DNA of 64,000 nt from Amoebophrya sp. A120 (Eukaryota; Protista; Dinoflagellata), in the NCBI GenBank assembly GCA_905178155.1, contig CAJINV010000001.1:4013329-4077328 (forward strand), in the 5' to 3' direction. Both the position numbers and the translations under genes were made by a program. The notes beneath the pieces were generated by a model. The model did no database searches. It was given only the letters and a program-made list of their open reading frames with translations, and was not told the origin of the DNA. This document shows positions 45,144 to 55,484 of this stretch, one piece after another (positions within the stretch are counted from its first letter, which is position 1; every line of letters starts with the position of its first letter).

Positions 45144-48100
45144 ATGTCGCAGTCCCGGATGCTGTCTGAGCAGCCGTCGCAGCATATCACAGGCAAAAGT
45201 GTTAACGTTAACGGAGTTTGTGACGCAGTAGCGCATCAGAAAAAGTACTGAAATTTGTATTGCATAGCATGCATGCTCGGGAAAATTTGTAATGCGTGGC
45301 TACAATGCGTGATGAAATTGAAAACCGTTGATGGTAGCACTTTTTTGTTTGATACAGCAGTCGACGAGCTTAATGCAACCGGTCTCGACGGACAAGGATG
45401 CTTTCAAGCAGAAAACCATGAACCAGGAGATCATACGTCTTCTCAACGGCTTTTCCATGAGTAGGCGCCTGATGATGTCGCAGAACCGACGGGCCTACCG
45501 GCAACCGCAGCTTTTGAACGACGACGTCAGGAGAATAGAAGCGTCCATGTGCAAGCTGCTACAGTACTATAGCGTTGTCTTGTTGTGGTGCTTCTTGTTG
45601 TTCGCGAAAAATCTTGCTGATAAGCCTGTGATTTTGTTTCACATTTTTTCCTTTGCCTTTTCGCTGATCAAGTTCAACACACACCACAGAAAAATGGATT
45701 TTCAATTTGTGCGGCGGTTTTCCGACGCGCAGCTTGCCAAACTCGTGAACGGCCTGAGGATAATAACGAAGAAGCCCGACGAGTTTGTCTTTCACAAGGG
45801 CGACATGGCCAGCTCGATATATTTCATCTTTCTCGGAGAAGTGGATGTTTTAGGTCCGGACGCAGGCGATCCGGTATTCTTGATTGCCCTTCTGCTCGTT
45901 TTTGTTTCAGTTTGCCCCCGTGTGAGAATCAATCACACTTGTCGTTGAAAAATCGAGCTTTAGTTCGGAGATGACTTCTGCTTCTCGCTCCTCTCTGACT
46001 AATCATCAGACGCAAAGCGCCAACGACAAGTAGAAGCACAACTCACTTTCTTAGGTGAAGCGACTCGGCGCCTGTCTGAATTTCGGCGACACCGAGCGGT
46101 ACGGCGCCCCGAGGAAGAGCTCTGCCGTGGCGCACAGTTACACGATACTCGGAGCGCTGGACAAGCAAGCGTTTTTGTCAACAAAGAGCGAACAGCAGGT
46201 CATGGAAGACAGTCGGAAGCTCCAAATCGTAAAACGCGTGCCACCTTTTTCCGCGCTCGTCGATAAGGAGGTGCAGCAGGTTTGCAACCGGCTAATACCG
46301 CTGCGAGCGCCCGCAAGACTGCCGGTCTGCGGCAATAGCCACGAGGTAAATAGAGGATTGGAATCATATTTGATGAAGATGTGGATACTAGGCACCACTT
46401 TTTTTGATGCTCCTCAGTCACTTCTTCTTTGTCTACCTTATGATAGATTTTTGGTTTATCGCATTTAGATCGTGTTTGCGCCCCGAGAAGTAGAGGATGA
46501 AAAAGTTGACGATGAAAATTCAAAATGCATTCATATTTCACATCATCTCAACAGCTGTCACGACATATCGTCATAGTCATGAGTGGCGTCTTCGAGATAA
46601 GGGCAACGATTTTGGTTTCAAGGAACGCAGTCGGTCTGCAGGCCAGTGGGCAGAGTCTAGCTTTTTCCGACGTCCCCATAATATCGCTCGAAAAAGGTAT
46701 TTCCTATGCTAGAGGTAGAGCGAGGTCTGGCGCATGATTTCTTCCACTTTGAGAATGCGGCATCTCGTTCGCCATGATGATGATAAGGATATGCCGTGCT
46801 CACTGTAGCTGGCGAAAGCACTCATCTTCATAAAAACCCATGGCTAGAAATGTTGAAGAAAGAAAAACAGAAACTGATATATGATTTCCAGGCTCCATAT
46901 GGAATGGCGACCTGGTCATGGCCGACGAGGAGGACCGTGATTGGTGCACCGGCGTCGAGTTTTCGCATTACAACATGTACCCGCGGGCAGACGCGAAGTG
47001 CCTGGTCATGAGCATTATGCAATACAAATTTCCCGTACATGTACAAGATGCATCACAAATTTTACCAATTTGGAGCGTAAATAAACTTGTCGCTAAACTA
47101 GGATCGAAGCCAAGTTTTGTCATGCGGAGACCGCATTTGTACGTGTACGGGAAATTTACTGTGGATATGCATCCGCGAACTCCAGAGAATAAGTTACAAC
47201 AACAGGCTGCTGCGAAGGTGGTTCGAGTCGTACGCGACCCTGTTCCAGAACAATAGAAGGTACATTCATAATGGTAAAACAAGGAATCAAGTTGAGGTCA
47301 TGGAATCAAGTTAACTGGAATCAAGTTAGACCTGGAATCAGGTTATATGGAATCAAGTTAAACCCGGAATCAAGTTGCATGGAATCAAGTTACTACCTGG
47401 AATCAAGTGGAATGGAATCTTCAAGTAAACCACCACAACTTCATCCCCATCAGTCCTTCGCCTCGCAATGCCTCCTCTTGGAAGAATCTATCTGCTGCGC
47501 TTTTTGTGTTTTGTGACTGCCACACCCTCTCTCGGAAGGGGTGTGTCTCTGGGAATTCCGTCTTCATTTCGCCTTCCCTCGGGAGACCCATTGCTCATGG
47601 GACTCCGTTTCCACTTCGCATTCCTGGGGATGGTGTCAGTCTCGGGGGACTCCGTTTTTCCTTCCTGCGGAAGGTGTCTCGGGGGCCGCCATTTCGCCGC
47701 CCTTGCCCTCTGGTAGGTCTCTCCAGGGATTCTATTTCGCCTCCTTCGGAAGGTATCTTTGGCGATTGGCAGGGATCTCATCTCTGGCAGTTCCATCTTG
47801 TCTTCCCGATGTTCGGGATTTCCGCCTGCAGCACTAAGGGGCCGCGGCTTTGCCTCAGGTGTTTGGCATGCCATTTGCCAACTTCGGCCCCTTCGCCTTG
47901 GGGAGATCCGGGGCGTTTACCTTCGGAAGCGCCGAAGCGTTCACCTTCGGAGGCTTCGAAGCTTTCTTGGCTTCGACAGCCCCGGATGTGTCGCCTTCGG
48001 AAGCTTTGGCGGGTCTCTCCCTGGCGGAAGGACCGCTGGTTTATTGCCTCTCGGGGGAGTCTGCGTTGTCGTTCCTATGCGACCCTGTTCCAGAACAATA

Positions 48101-48595
48101 GAAGGTACATGCATAGGACATTTTTTTATCGCGCTGCATGTGCATCTTCATTTTGTTTCTGTCGCGGCGGCTCGCTATGAGATACCGCGAAGACGTATAT
48201 GATCTCGAGTTCTTCGACTGCATCAAAGAAAACCAAGCAAAGAAAAAAAAAGAAAAACCAAAATGATGAAGTCATGATCTTTATCGTATGAAGTCTGTGC
48301 CAAGAACAAGCCATGAAATTCTAACAGGGACAGCGTGTACGAGATTCTATCCTACCTGTGCAAGCCAGATTTCCAGTCAAAAACGTCCGGGTACATGAAG
48401 GAAATCATCCGCAGCATGGACTATGGGGAGGTGAGGTGGAAGGGCATTTTGAAAAAGTACGAGGCGGAAATACTCGAGGACGCCTTAGATTTCGATGCCG
48501 TCCGCAAACTCGAGGAGAACATCGCGAAAAAGAAGGGCGAACGGAAGGAAATCGACCTGGAGAAGGAAAGAGGGGGAATGAAGGCGCTCTTCTAA
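45144..48595 (+). CDS. Cyclic-nucleotide-binding domain protein; join(45144..45184,45360..45563,45690..45873,46055..46345,46555..46696,46892..47015,47173..47259,48334..48595)
   Basis: FVFHKGDMASSIYFIFLGEVDV ... NFGD ... PRKSSAVA (cNMP domain) plus a second degenerate repeat. Five GT-AG introns and two IEs are phase-compatible. The last exon may start at 48328. Confidence 0.82.
45185..45354. mobile_element. Introner element, family D
   Basis: TATCACAGGCAAAAGTGTTAACGTTAACGG / CCGTTGATGGTAGCACTTTTTTGTTTGATA; direct repeat CAGCA. Confidence 0.88.
47016..47167. mobile_element. Introner element, family C
   Basis: TATGCAATACAAATTTCCCGTACATGTACAA / TTGTACGTGTACGGGAAATTTACTGTGGATA; direct repeat AGCAT/TGCAT; removal gives LVMSI|RELQR. 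Confidence 0.9.
47266..48075. mobile_element. ~810-bp insert flanked by 35-bp direct repeats of the exon end plus splice donor
   Basis: TA(C/T)GCGACCCTGTTCCAGAACAATAGAAGGTACAT at 47231-47265 and 48076-48110. GGAATCAAG tandem repeats at 47283-47424. Confidence 0.8.
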
Positions 48596-49740
48596 AAGTA
48601 GTTCTTGTACGATTCCGATGCATCAGTATTCAGCAACATTTGATACTTCGCAAAGCTATCAAAGCTTGTTTGACATGTTTCGCTTTTATGCACCAGCCAA
48701 CCCAAAGAAATGAATTCGATCGCTTACTTAAAATCAACGCACAGTGGCATCATTGTCGCTTTTACATACACTTATCCGTTTATAATTTTCGCTCAAATGG
48801 AAATGACCAAATCCAAGTGTTTTCGAATATCTTACATTACGATGGAGGGAACGACACTGATCCTGAATATATGAAAATCGCTTTCCATTTCATCGGGCTC
48901 TGTTTCTGGACAAAATATGTACTTCTTTTTTGACGACCTGTCATCCCAGGGACAAAGTGGTTTTTCTCGTCACCTTGTATGCTTTTGCAATGATATTCAA
49001 CGCCTGCTGCAGCTGCAGCTTCCAATGTACAAAAGAAAAAGAAAACATCACAAATAAATCGTATTATCGAAAACTCAACAGTCCGTAAAAGTTTTTTTCG
49101 CCTTGAATGTTCAGAAGATGGCAGCAAAGCACAAAGCGGATCAGCTACATGCTGGAGATCAAAAGAAAATGGCATTGAGCCAAGAAATGATCTACCGTAC
49201 TATCATGGAAACGGAAGAAATCGACTTGCTAATTTTTATTTTGCAATTGATCAACGGCAACAACCACTCTACATGCTGATGTTGGGATGGTCAAGATCAG
49301 CTGGAAGTTCAGAATCAAAAGAGATCAAGTTGAAAATCAAGAGATCACCTAACATTGTCACAAATCCGTCTGCAATGGCGTCAACCTCCCGATCTCCTCC
49401 CAGCCGGCTTCGCCATTGATGATGCTACGAGATCTACTTCGGTCGTGCGCGCCGCTCGGTTCATGTACGTTCTTAATGGAAATGAAGTAAAAACTCACAG
49501 TCAGCGATGTTGTACATGGTGGCTTATTAACGAAAGGACAACACGCCCTCGTTGTAAAGTTTTTTTGCGCATCTTCTTCATCTGATATCCACCACATATT
49601 TATTAGCTTAAGTAAATTTCGCGAGGACACATCAAGGCGTGCTTCAATTCCAATTTGAGCAAATTTGATTGACATTTTTCCATCTTATTCTAGTTCCTTC
49701 TAGTGCACAGCGAGACAGGCAGATCCACCTTGCCTCGATC

Positions 49741-51969
49741 ATGACGAGCGACATGGCGGAGGTAGTTGACGTGAGTAGAGAGGAAGAGGAAGAGGAACCT
49801 TCTAGCGAGATGGAGCTGGAAAATGATCTTGTAGACGAAGAGAAAGAAAAATCGTCCAGCAGTTCATCGGAAGCCGTTAACGACGACGAGTACAACGGTT
49901 GGAATGAGGACGACTCAGAAAATGAAAATCAAAGCGCAGCTGTTGGTGGTGCTCAAAAGGACGAACAGTCCACCAACGGCCAAGACGAGCACCAAGGGGG
50001 TTACATTCAAAGCGAGTGGTCTTACGAGGACTATGACTGCAAGAAGAACGACGGGGGCGTCCCAGCGGACGATCTGGAGGAGGGCGAGGACGATGTTGAG
50101 GAGCAATTATCCGCAGAAGAAGAAGAAGAAGAAGATGACGAGTACTACGAACATGAGCAAGAGTTATCCGGCAGCGACGAGAAGCCTCATGGTCATGTCA
50201 ACCACGATGACGACCCCGAGGACGAGCCGTTCGACCTCCACGACCTTCCCCCCTTCGACCTCCACAAGGAGTTGCAGGTGCCAAAAAACCCGTCGCTCCC
50301 GCGCGTCCAGGCCTCGTTTCACAAGCTGTCGACGAAAATCTACGACTTGTGGACCAAAGCGACCGACTACGAGGCTTTTAAGTACAGCACGGAGGAAGAA
50401 ATATACAAACAGGAAGAGAAGCTGAAGGAGAAATTCGCCAAAGTTGTTCTAGCCTTCCTCGTGTTACGCGATTCGAACAGACGGGAGATTTACGAGCAAC
50501 TCGGCTGCGATTTCAACGCGTTGAAGGAATCGGAAAAGTATTTGGAGAAATCGGTTTTTGATTGCGATGTTCTCGAAGAGTTCGAACGGTTTTTCCGGGG
50601 GGAGAGGGAGGAAGACCGAGATTATTTGCTCATGAACTCGGACGAACACTTTGATGGAGATGATAACGATAAAATTTTCGACGGGGAAACGAGAAATCCC
50701 AACATGATCGAGGTGGAGGGTGTGAATGCTTTTTCGAAATTGAGCGGAGGTTCGACTTCTTCGAGCTCAAGTGCATCATCGTCCGGAAGACCTTCGGATG
50801 GCGCTGGAGGTGCTGCTGGTTCTATGTCATCGAAGGTGAACAGCAGCCAGGAGCAAGAAGATGAGCAGGAGGCCGCGGGAAAAAGCACGTCAGGCTCTGG
50901 AGCCGCCGCAAACAAGCCAGTGTGTGCGGCGGATAGGGTGCATCGCGTGTTCCAGGAGGAGGAAATGGACGATGAGGAAGAAAACATAAGAACAAAGAAT
51001 GCGGTCGAGGAACCCCAATCTCAACAAAGTGGTGGTGAACTATCACGAGGAGGAGTAAAGATGGTTTCCAAACAGACTTCCAGTACGACTTACCCTGCTT
51101 GCAGTACCGTTCTCGAAGGACGAGCGCAAGACGATGACGAAGAAGAAGAAGATTTCGATGCGCTGGACGACGAGCTGCTAGACGATGAAGAGGAAGACAG
51201 CCTGGATGGACTGAACGAGCTTGCGGCTTTGAAATCAGCGCAACTCGAGGCAAGTGGCGCGGCCTGCTCTCCCTCTAAATTGCAGACATTGGAGCGACTG
51301 GACCAGGATTTGCAGTCACTTTTGCAATCTGTCGACACCAGGTTGAAAGGCAGTTCCGGTGTCAGCGCTGTTCCCGCTTCTGCCGCAAGTGGTGCGATGA
51401 ATAGCTGCAAAGTAGATCCGCAAGCCGATTATACTTCTGCATCTTCTGCAACCACATCAATTGCCGCTTCATCAACTTCACCTGCTGGCGCCGCTGGAAT
51501 CAAGATTGAAAAGCTTGACCACCTGAACAAATTGCAGCTGCCGCCACTCCCTGCCCTCGTGTGCCCGGAAGACTACGCCGAGCAAGTGCAGAAGGAAAAG
51601 AAGGCGTTCTGGGAACGGCGTTTGAAGAAGCGAAAGATCGACACTGGAGACGAACAGGATTCCTCGGATGACGAAGATGAGTCATCCTCCGAAGGTATGA
51701 CTGCGCTTAATGAGGAAATGGTCCGCGCGTGGAACGCGAAAAAGGTCGCTGCTGCTGCTGCTGCTGGTGCAACTAAGAAAGTGGCTGCGGAACAAAGGAA
51801 AACCAAAACCGCTAAGACGAGGACGAAAGGCTCAAAGAAACTCGTGCATAACCCCCTTACCTCGCGGGGCCGGCGGCAACGACGCATGGAGATGATGCGG
51901 CGCGGAACGAAAAAAAAGGCGACGACGAAGGGTCCACGCGTTTCGAAGCGGACTGTGTCGAAGGAATAA
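49741..51969 (+). CDS. Acidic protein with a partial/degenerate J-domain-like segment and a basic C-terminus
   Basis: Intronless ORF. KEKFAKVVLAFLVLRDSNRREIYEQLG resembles J-domain helices III-IV, but there is no HPD motif. Confidence 0.7.
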   Translation: MTSDMAEVVDVSREEEEEEPSSEMELENDLVDEEKEKSSSSSSEAVNDDEYNGWNEDDSENENQSAAVGGAQKDEQSTNGQDEHQGGYIQSEWSYEDYDCKKNDGGVPADDLEEGEDDVEEQLSAEEEEEEDDEYYEHEQELSGSDEKPHGHVNHDDDPEDEPFDLHDLPPFDLHKELQVPKNPSLPRVQASFHKLSTKIYDLWTKATDYEAFKYSTEEEIYKQEEKLKEKFAKVVLAFLVLRDSNRREIYEQLGCDFNALKESEKYLEKSVFDCDVLEEFERFFRGEREEDRDYLLMNSDEHFDGDDNDKIFDGETRNPNMIEVEGVNAFSKLSGGSTSSSSSASSSGRPSDGAGGAAGSMSSKVNSSQEQEDEQEAAGKSTSGSGAAANKPVCAADRVHRVFQEEEMDDEEENIRTKNAVEEPQSQQSGGELSRGGVKMVSKQTSSTTYPACSTVLEGRAQDDDEEEEDFDALDDELLDDEEEDSLDGLNELAALKSAQLEASGAACSPSKLQTLERLDQDLQSLLQSVDTRLKGSSGVSAVPASAASGAMNSCKVDPQADYTSASSATTSIAASSTSPAGAAGIKIEKLDHLNKLQLPPLPALVCPEDYAEQVQKEKKAFWERRLKKRKIDTGDEQDSSDDEDESSSEGMTALNEEMVRAWNAKKVAAAAAAGATKKVAAEQRKTKTAKTRTKGSKKLVHNPLTSRGRRQRRMEMMRRGTKKKATTKGPRVSKRTVSKE

Positions 51970-52792
51970 CAGTAAACGTACATAACCTATTAAAACAAAA
52001 CAGATTTAAAAAGATAAAGATGAGACAACATACTGAGAACGGAACTGATACTGAAGGTCCAACTCCAAGCGAGAGTAGACCAAGTTCCATTACGTTGTTG
52101 TCTCATTACCTGCAGCAGCATGATCGTGCATCTACTCCAAGTACCAACGAGAAGATCTGTGTGAAGATGATACCACGACCAAAACGCGAGAATCAAAGCG
52201 AAGCGAAGTATTCAACTCAATCTCGAGCAGGACGACTTTTTTTATGTCGAACCCCTTTTGAATTTGATGCCGAAGGCGCAAGCAATACGGTGTTCACTCA
52301 GTAGCCACTGCACCTGTCGCTTACGATTGCCATTGTCGGTTTCGGCGGAAGATGACCATCTGCTGGCTTATTTGCTGCAAGCTCCCGTGAAATCGGTTGT
52401 GAAACTTTTCGGAAAAAAGTCACACGCAGGCAGGTTGTTGTGATTCTCCGGGCAGAATAGTATCTGAATAATCTTCTTAACCTCGGCAAGTGGCATAGGT
52501 GAAAAATGCATTGCACTGTTCAGAAATTGAAGGACGCGTGTCGGTGTATTTGCAGGCAGTGAGTCACTGTGGGTGTGGTCACTCATCGGTATCTTTTTCC
52601 TTTATTTCGTGATGATCATCATGATCTGTGTCATGATGGGAAACCACAGAGGATTATTTCTTTCCTTGACCGTGTCTGCGGAAAAGGTCGGTGCAAAGTA
52701 GTTAACAAGGGTATCAAGAAAGTTACGTGCGTCGTGGAGGTGTTGGCGATCATTCGAAGTAGAACTAGAGAAGATAGAAAAAAAGGGACAAG

Positions 52793-54853
52793 ATGTCGAC
52801 GGACGACACTACGACTACCCCGAAGAACGACCACCCGTACTTGACCGAGTACTTCGAGACCCAACTGGAGATGGTCGAAAAGAACATGAAGGACCTGTTG
52901 AACGTATCACAGGAAAATGTGTTAACGTTAACGGAATTTGTGATGCACTAATGCATCACAAAACGCGCCAGCAAAATTTGTCATGCATAGGATGCATACG
53001 AGGCGAAATTTGCCATGCATATTTGCAATCTATGAAGAAAACCGTTAGCGTTAATACTTTTTCTGATGGATAGAACGACCAAGAAAAGACCCTCCGCATC
53101 GCACTGGACGCAAATTTTCGGAAAAAATACATGGACGACCAACACGCGGAGATGAACGCAAAGCTACAGCCGCTTGTGGAAAAGTCCTTCGTGCACCACG
53201 ACCTGGACATATGCAATACAAATTTCTCGCACATGTACAAAATGCATGACAAATTTCGCTATATTTGAAGTGTCCAACTTGTCATGTTGACTAAGATCGA
53301 AGGCAAGTTTTGTCATGCAGAAACTGCATTTCTTGTACGTGTACGGTAAATTTACTGTGGATAGGACAAATCCGGGGTGTTGTCCAAGGAGGAATCCGCG
53401 CGGTTTTTCAGCCATTTCGCAAAGGAAACGAAGCGGTTCGTGTATGCATTGGAAAAGTATCGCGCTAGTAGTAATCGCATTACAAATTTGCTTAGCATTA
53501 GCATTACAAATTAACATGAAACTTGTAATGCTATTTTACCTTCGTAGGGATATTTGCCATGCATAACAGCAATTACTACGAGTGCGATAGCGATACTTTT
53601 GCAGAGCATATCGTGATGGGGACCACGAAATTGACCATGGTGCAGTCGATGGACCAAGTTGGGCAGGCGTTGGCCACGCAATTCCCCAGCGAGTTGGAGG
53701 ACGAGCTGCAAATCTCGGCGAAGATGAAGAAGGTGATGGAAAGTTCGATGGATTTCATGTATGCACAGTTGGACGGACTTTTGGAAGGCCTGCATCAAGA
53801 GTACCTGAAGAACAAAGAACAGAACGACGCAAAAGCGTTCGACGTCGTGGACACCGCGAAGGCATGAAAGTGCACAACTACTTCCCCTCCCCCTCATTTG
53901 TCATGCCAAATACCAAGTTCACTCTTTGCCCCTTTGGAATTCTAGCATCACAGATTCTGACAGCCCAAACACCATTACAATCCTGTGAAGATTTGTCATG
54001 CAAAAGCTGCACTCTTGCAGGCCCTTCTATTGCTGTTTATGCAATAAAACAAATAAGGGAGGGGTTGTAGTTGTGCACTCTCATAGAAGGACGGGATGCT
54101 GCACAAAGAAGAGGTGATGAAGGCGATGGAGGTCGGGTCGGAGCAAATCAAGAAGGTTTTGGAAGCGTTGGGCTTCGGCGAAGCGACGCTGGCTGCGAAA
54201 TTAAGCCCGGTCATGCACGTATCCAATGCAAATATGTCTGGGTCTGGAAGAATGCATGTTTGTCATGCTTGTTTGGCATGACTCTTAAGTCTGTCATGCA
54301 CATTACCCAAGAGCCCCACTTTTCTGTCATGCAGAAACGCAGTTTCTGATGCAGAATAGGCAACACCTAGTAGCTCAGAAACTTGTCATGCTGAGCCAGC
54401 ACTTGTGCCCTCCTCACGATACGCCACCAAGCATCACAAGTTTCCAGACCCAGACATTTTTACAATCCATAGCACGAGGTGCAAGTCAAAATTGCGCAGG
54501 AGGCGATGGAATCTTTCGCGGAGCTTGATGATGATGCTATGGAGGCGTCAGGTTTGAAATCGTCAAAGTTGAAATTATTTGTAATGCATAAAATGCATGA
54601 CCCGAGGCACGTGCGTTGCAGAGTAGGCAAGTGAGGCCGATTATAAGCCTGCTTGGGGCTACAGCTTGAGCTGCTAAAGTAGCATGAGAAAATCGCCCCT
54701 CTTTGCCTAAACAGCATGACAAACTGGATTTAGGGACCACCGAAATTTGTCATGCGCCACTTGAAAACTGGGCTCCAACTGGCATCCATTTTATGCATGA
54801 CAAATTATTTCAACTTTGTCGATTTCAACTCTGACACATCCATAGATGCATAA
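52793..54853 (+). CDS. 252-aa EF-hand protein; join(52793..52904,53078..53209,53369..53442,53616..53862,54091..54219,54477..54537,54850..54853)
   Basis: Removing six IEs gives a 759-nt frame. The EF-hand loops DLDKSGVLSKEE and DTAKDGMLHKEE are each rebuilt across an IE junction. Confidence 0.9.
52905..53072. mobile_element. Introner element, family D
   Basis: Direct repeat GAACG; same position as the 40339 element in the paralogue. Confidence 0.9.
53210..53363. mobile_element. Introner element, family C (absent from the paralogue)
   Basis: Direct repeat GGACA; empty site CTGGACAAAT at ~40647-40656. Confidence 0.93.
53443..53610. mobile_element. Introner element, family B (reverse orientation)
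   Basis: Direct repeat TCGTG; same position as the 40728 element. Confidence 0.9.
53863..54085. mobile_element. Introner element, family F
   Basis: CATGAAAGTGCACAACTAC / GTAGTTGTGCACTCTCATA; direct repeat GAAGG. The left end starts CAT rather than TAT. Confidence 0.9.
54220..54471. mobile_element. Introner element, family A (interior apparently reversed relative to 10800)
   Basis: TATCCAATGCAAATATGTCTGGGTCTGGAA / TTCCAGACCCAGACATTTTTACAATCCATA; direct repeat GCACG. Confidence 0.9.
54538..54844. mobile_element. Introner element, family H
   Basis: ~55-bp TIR TATGGAGGCGTCAGGTTTGAAATCGTCAAAGTTGAAAT... / ...ATTTCAACTTTGTCGATTTCAACTCTGACACATCCATA; direct repeat GATGC; lies one base before the stop codon. 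Confidence 0.9.
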
Positions 54854-55484
54854 ATAAAAGTAGTACGAATAGGAAATAAGCAAGCCAAAGTGGCTCTTAT
54901 CCTTGTCTCGCTCTCCTCGTCGCCCCCTGCGGCTTACTTGCATCCTTATCCTTTCCCACGCGTTTTCGTTTCAAGGCGTCGAGTGAGCTAGTTTCGCTTT
55001 CGCAGTGACGTCAATCATGAAAAACTAAAAAAAAGCATCAGTGAACTTCACTTACGAGAAAACCGAAAGCCGCAAGACTTTTTCTTCACGTTTGTTGATA
55101 TGTTGGGCTGTTTGCCTGAGTTCAGTAGCAGCTTGCCCAACCAGCACCACGGGGGAACCTAACCTTATCTCTGGAAAAATCCGTCCGCGCCAGAAAGAAA
55201 TCCAGCGTTGTGTTCACAGGTGGAGATGATACTTCTAGTGCCGCTTAATATCGTTCTTCTCTCGTCTCGGTCCGGCGTAGTAGACAGTCGCGGTCTACTA
55301 CTGCCTTGTTTGAGAGGTCGGTGCCTCTCGTGCTCGAAAAAGTGATGAGATTGATCTGTGTCATGTTTTTTTCGAGAGGAGGGGTCTGTAGTTGGTGTCA
55401 CGACTGTCACTTCAGTGCATTCGTGTTTCAGACCTATTAGCCAAGTAGACAAGAACGACGTCGACGTCGAATATAAGCAAAACC

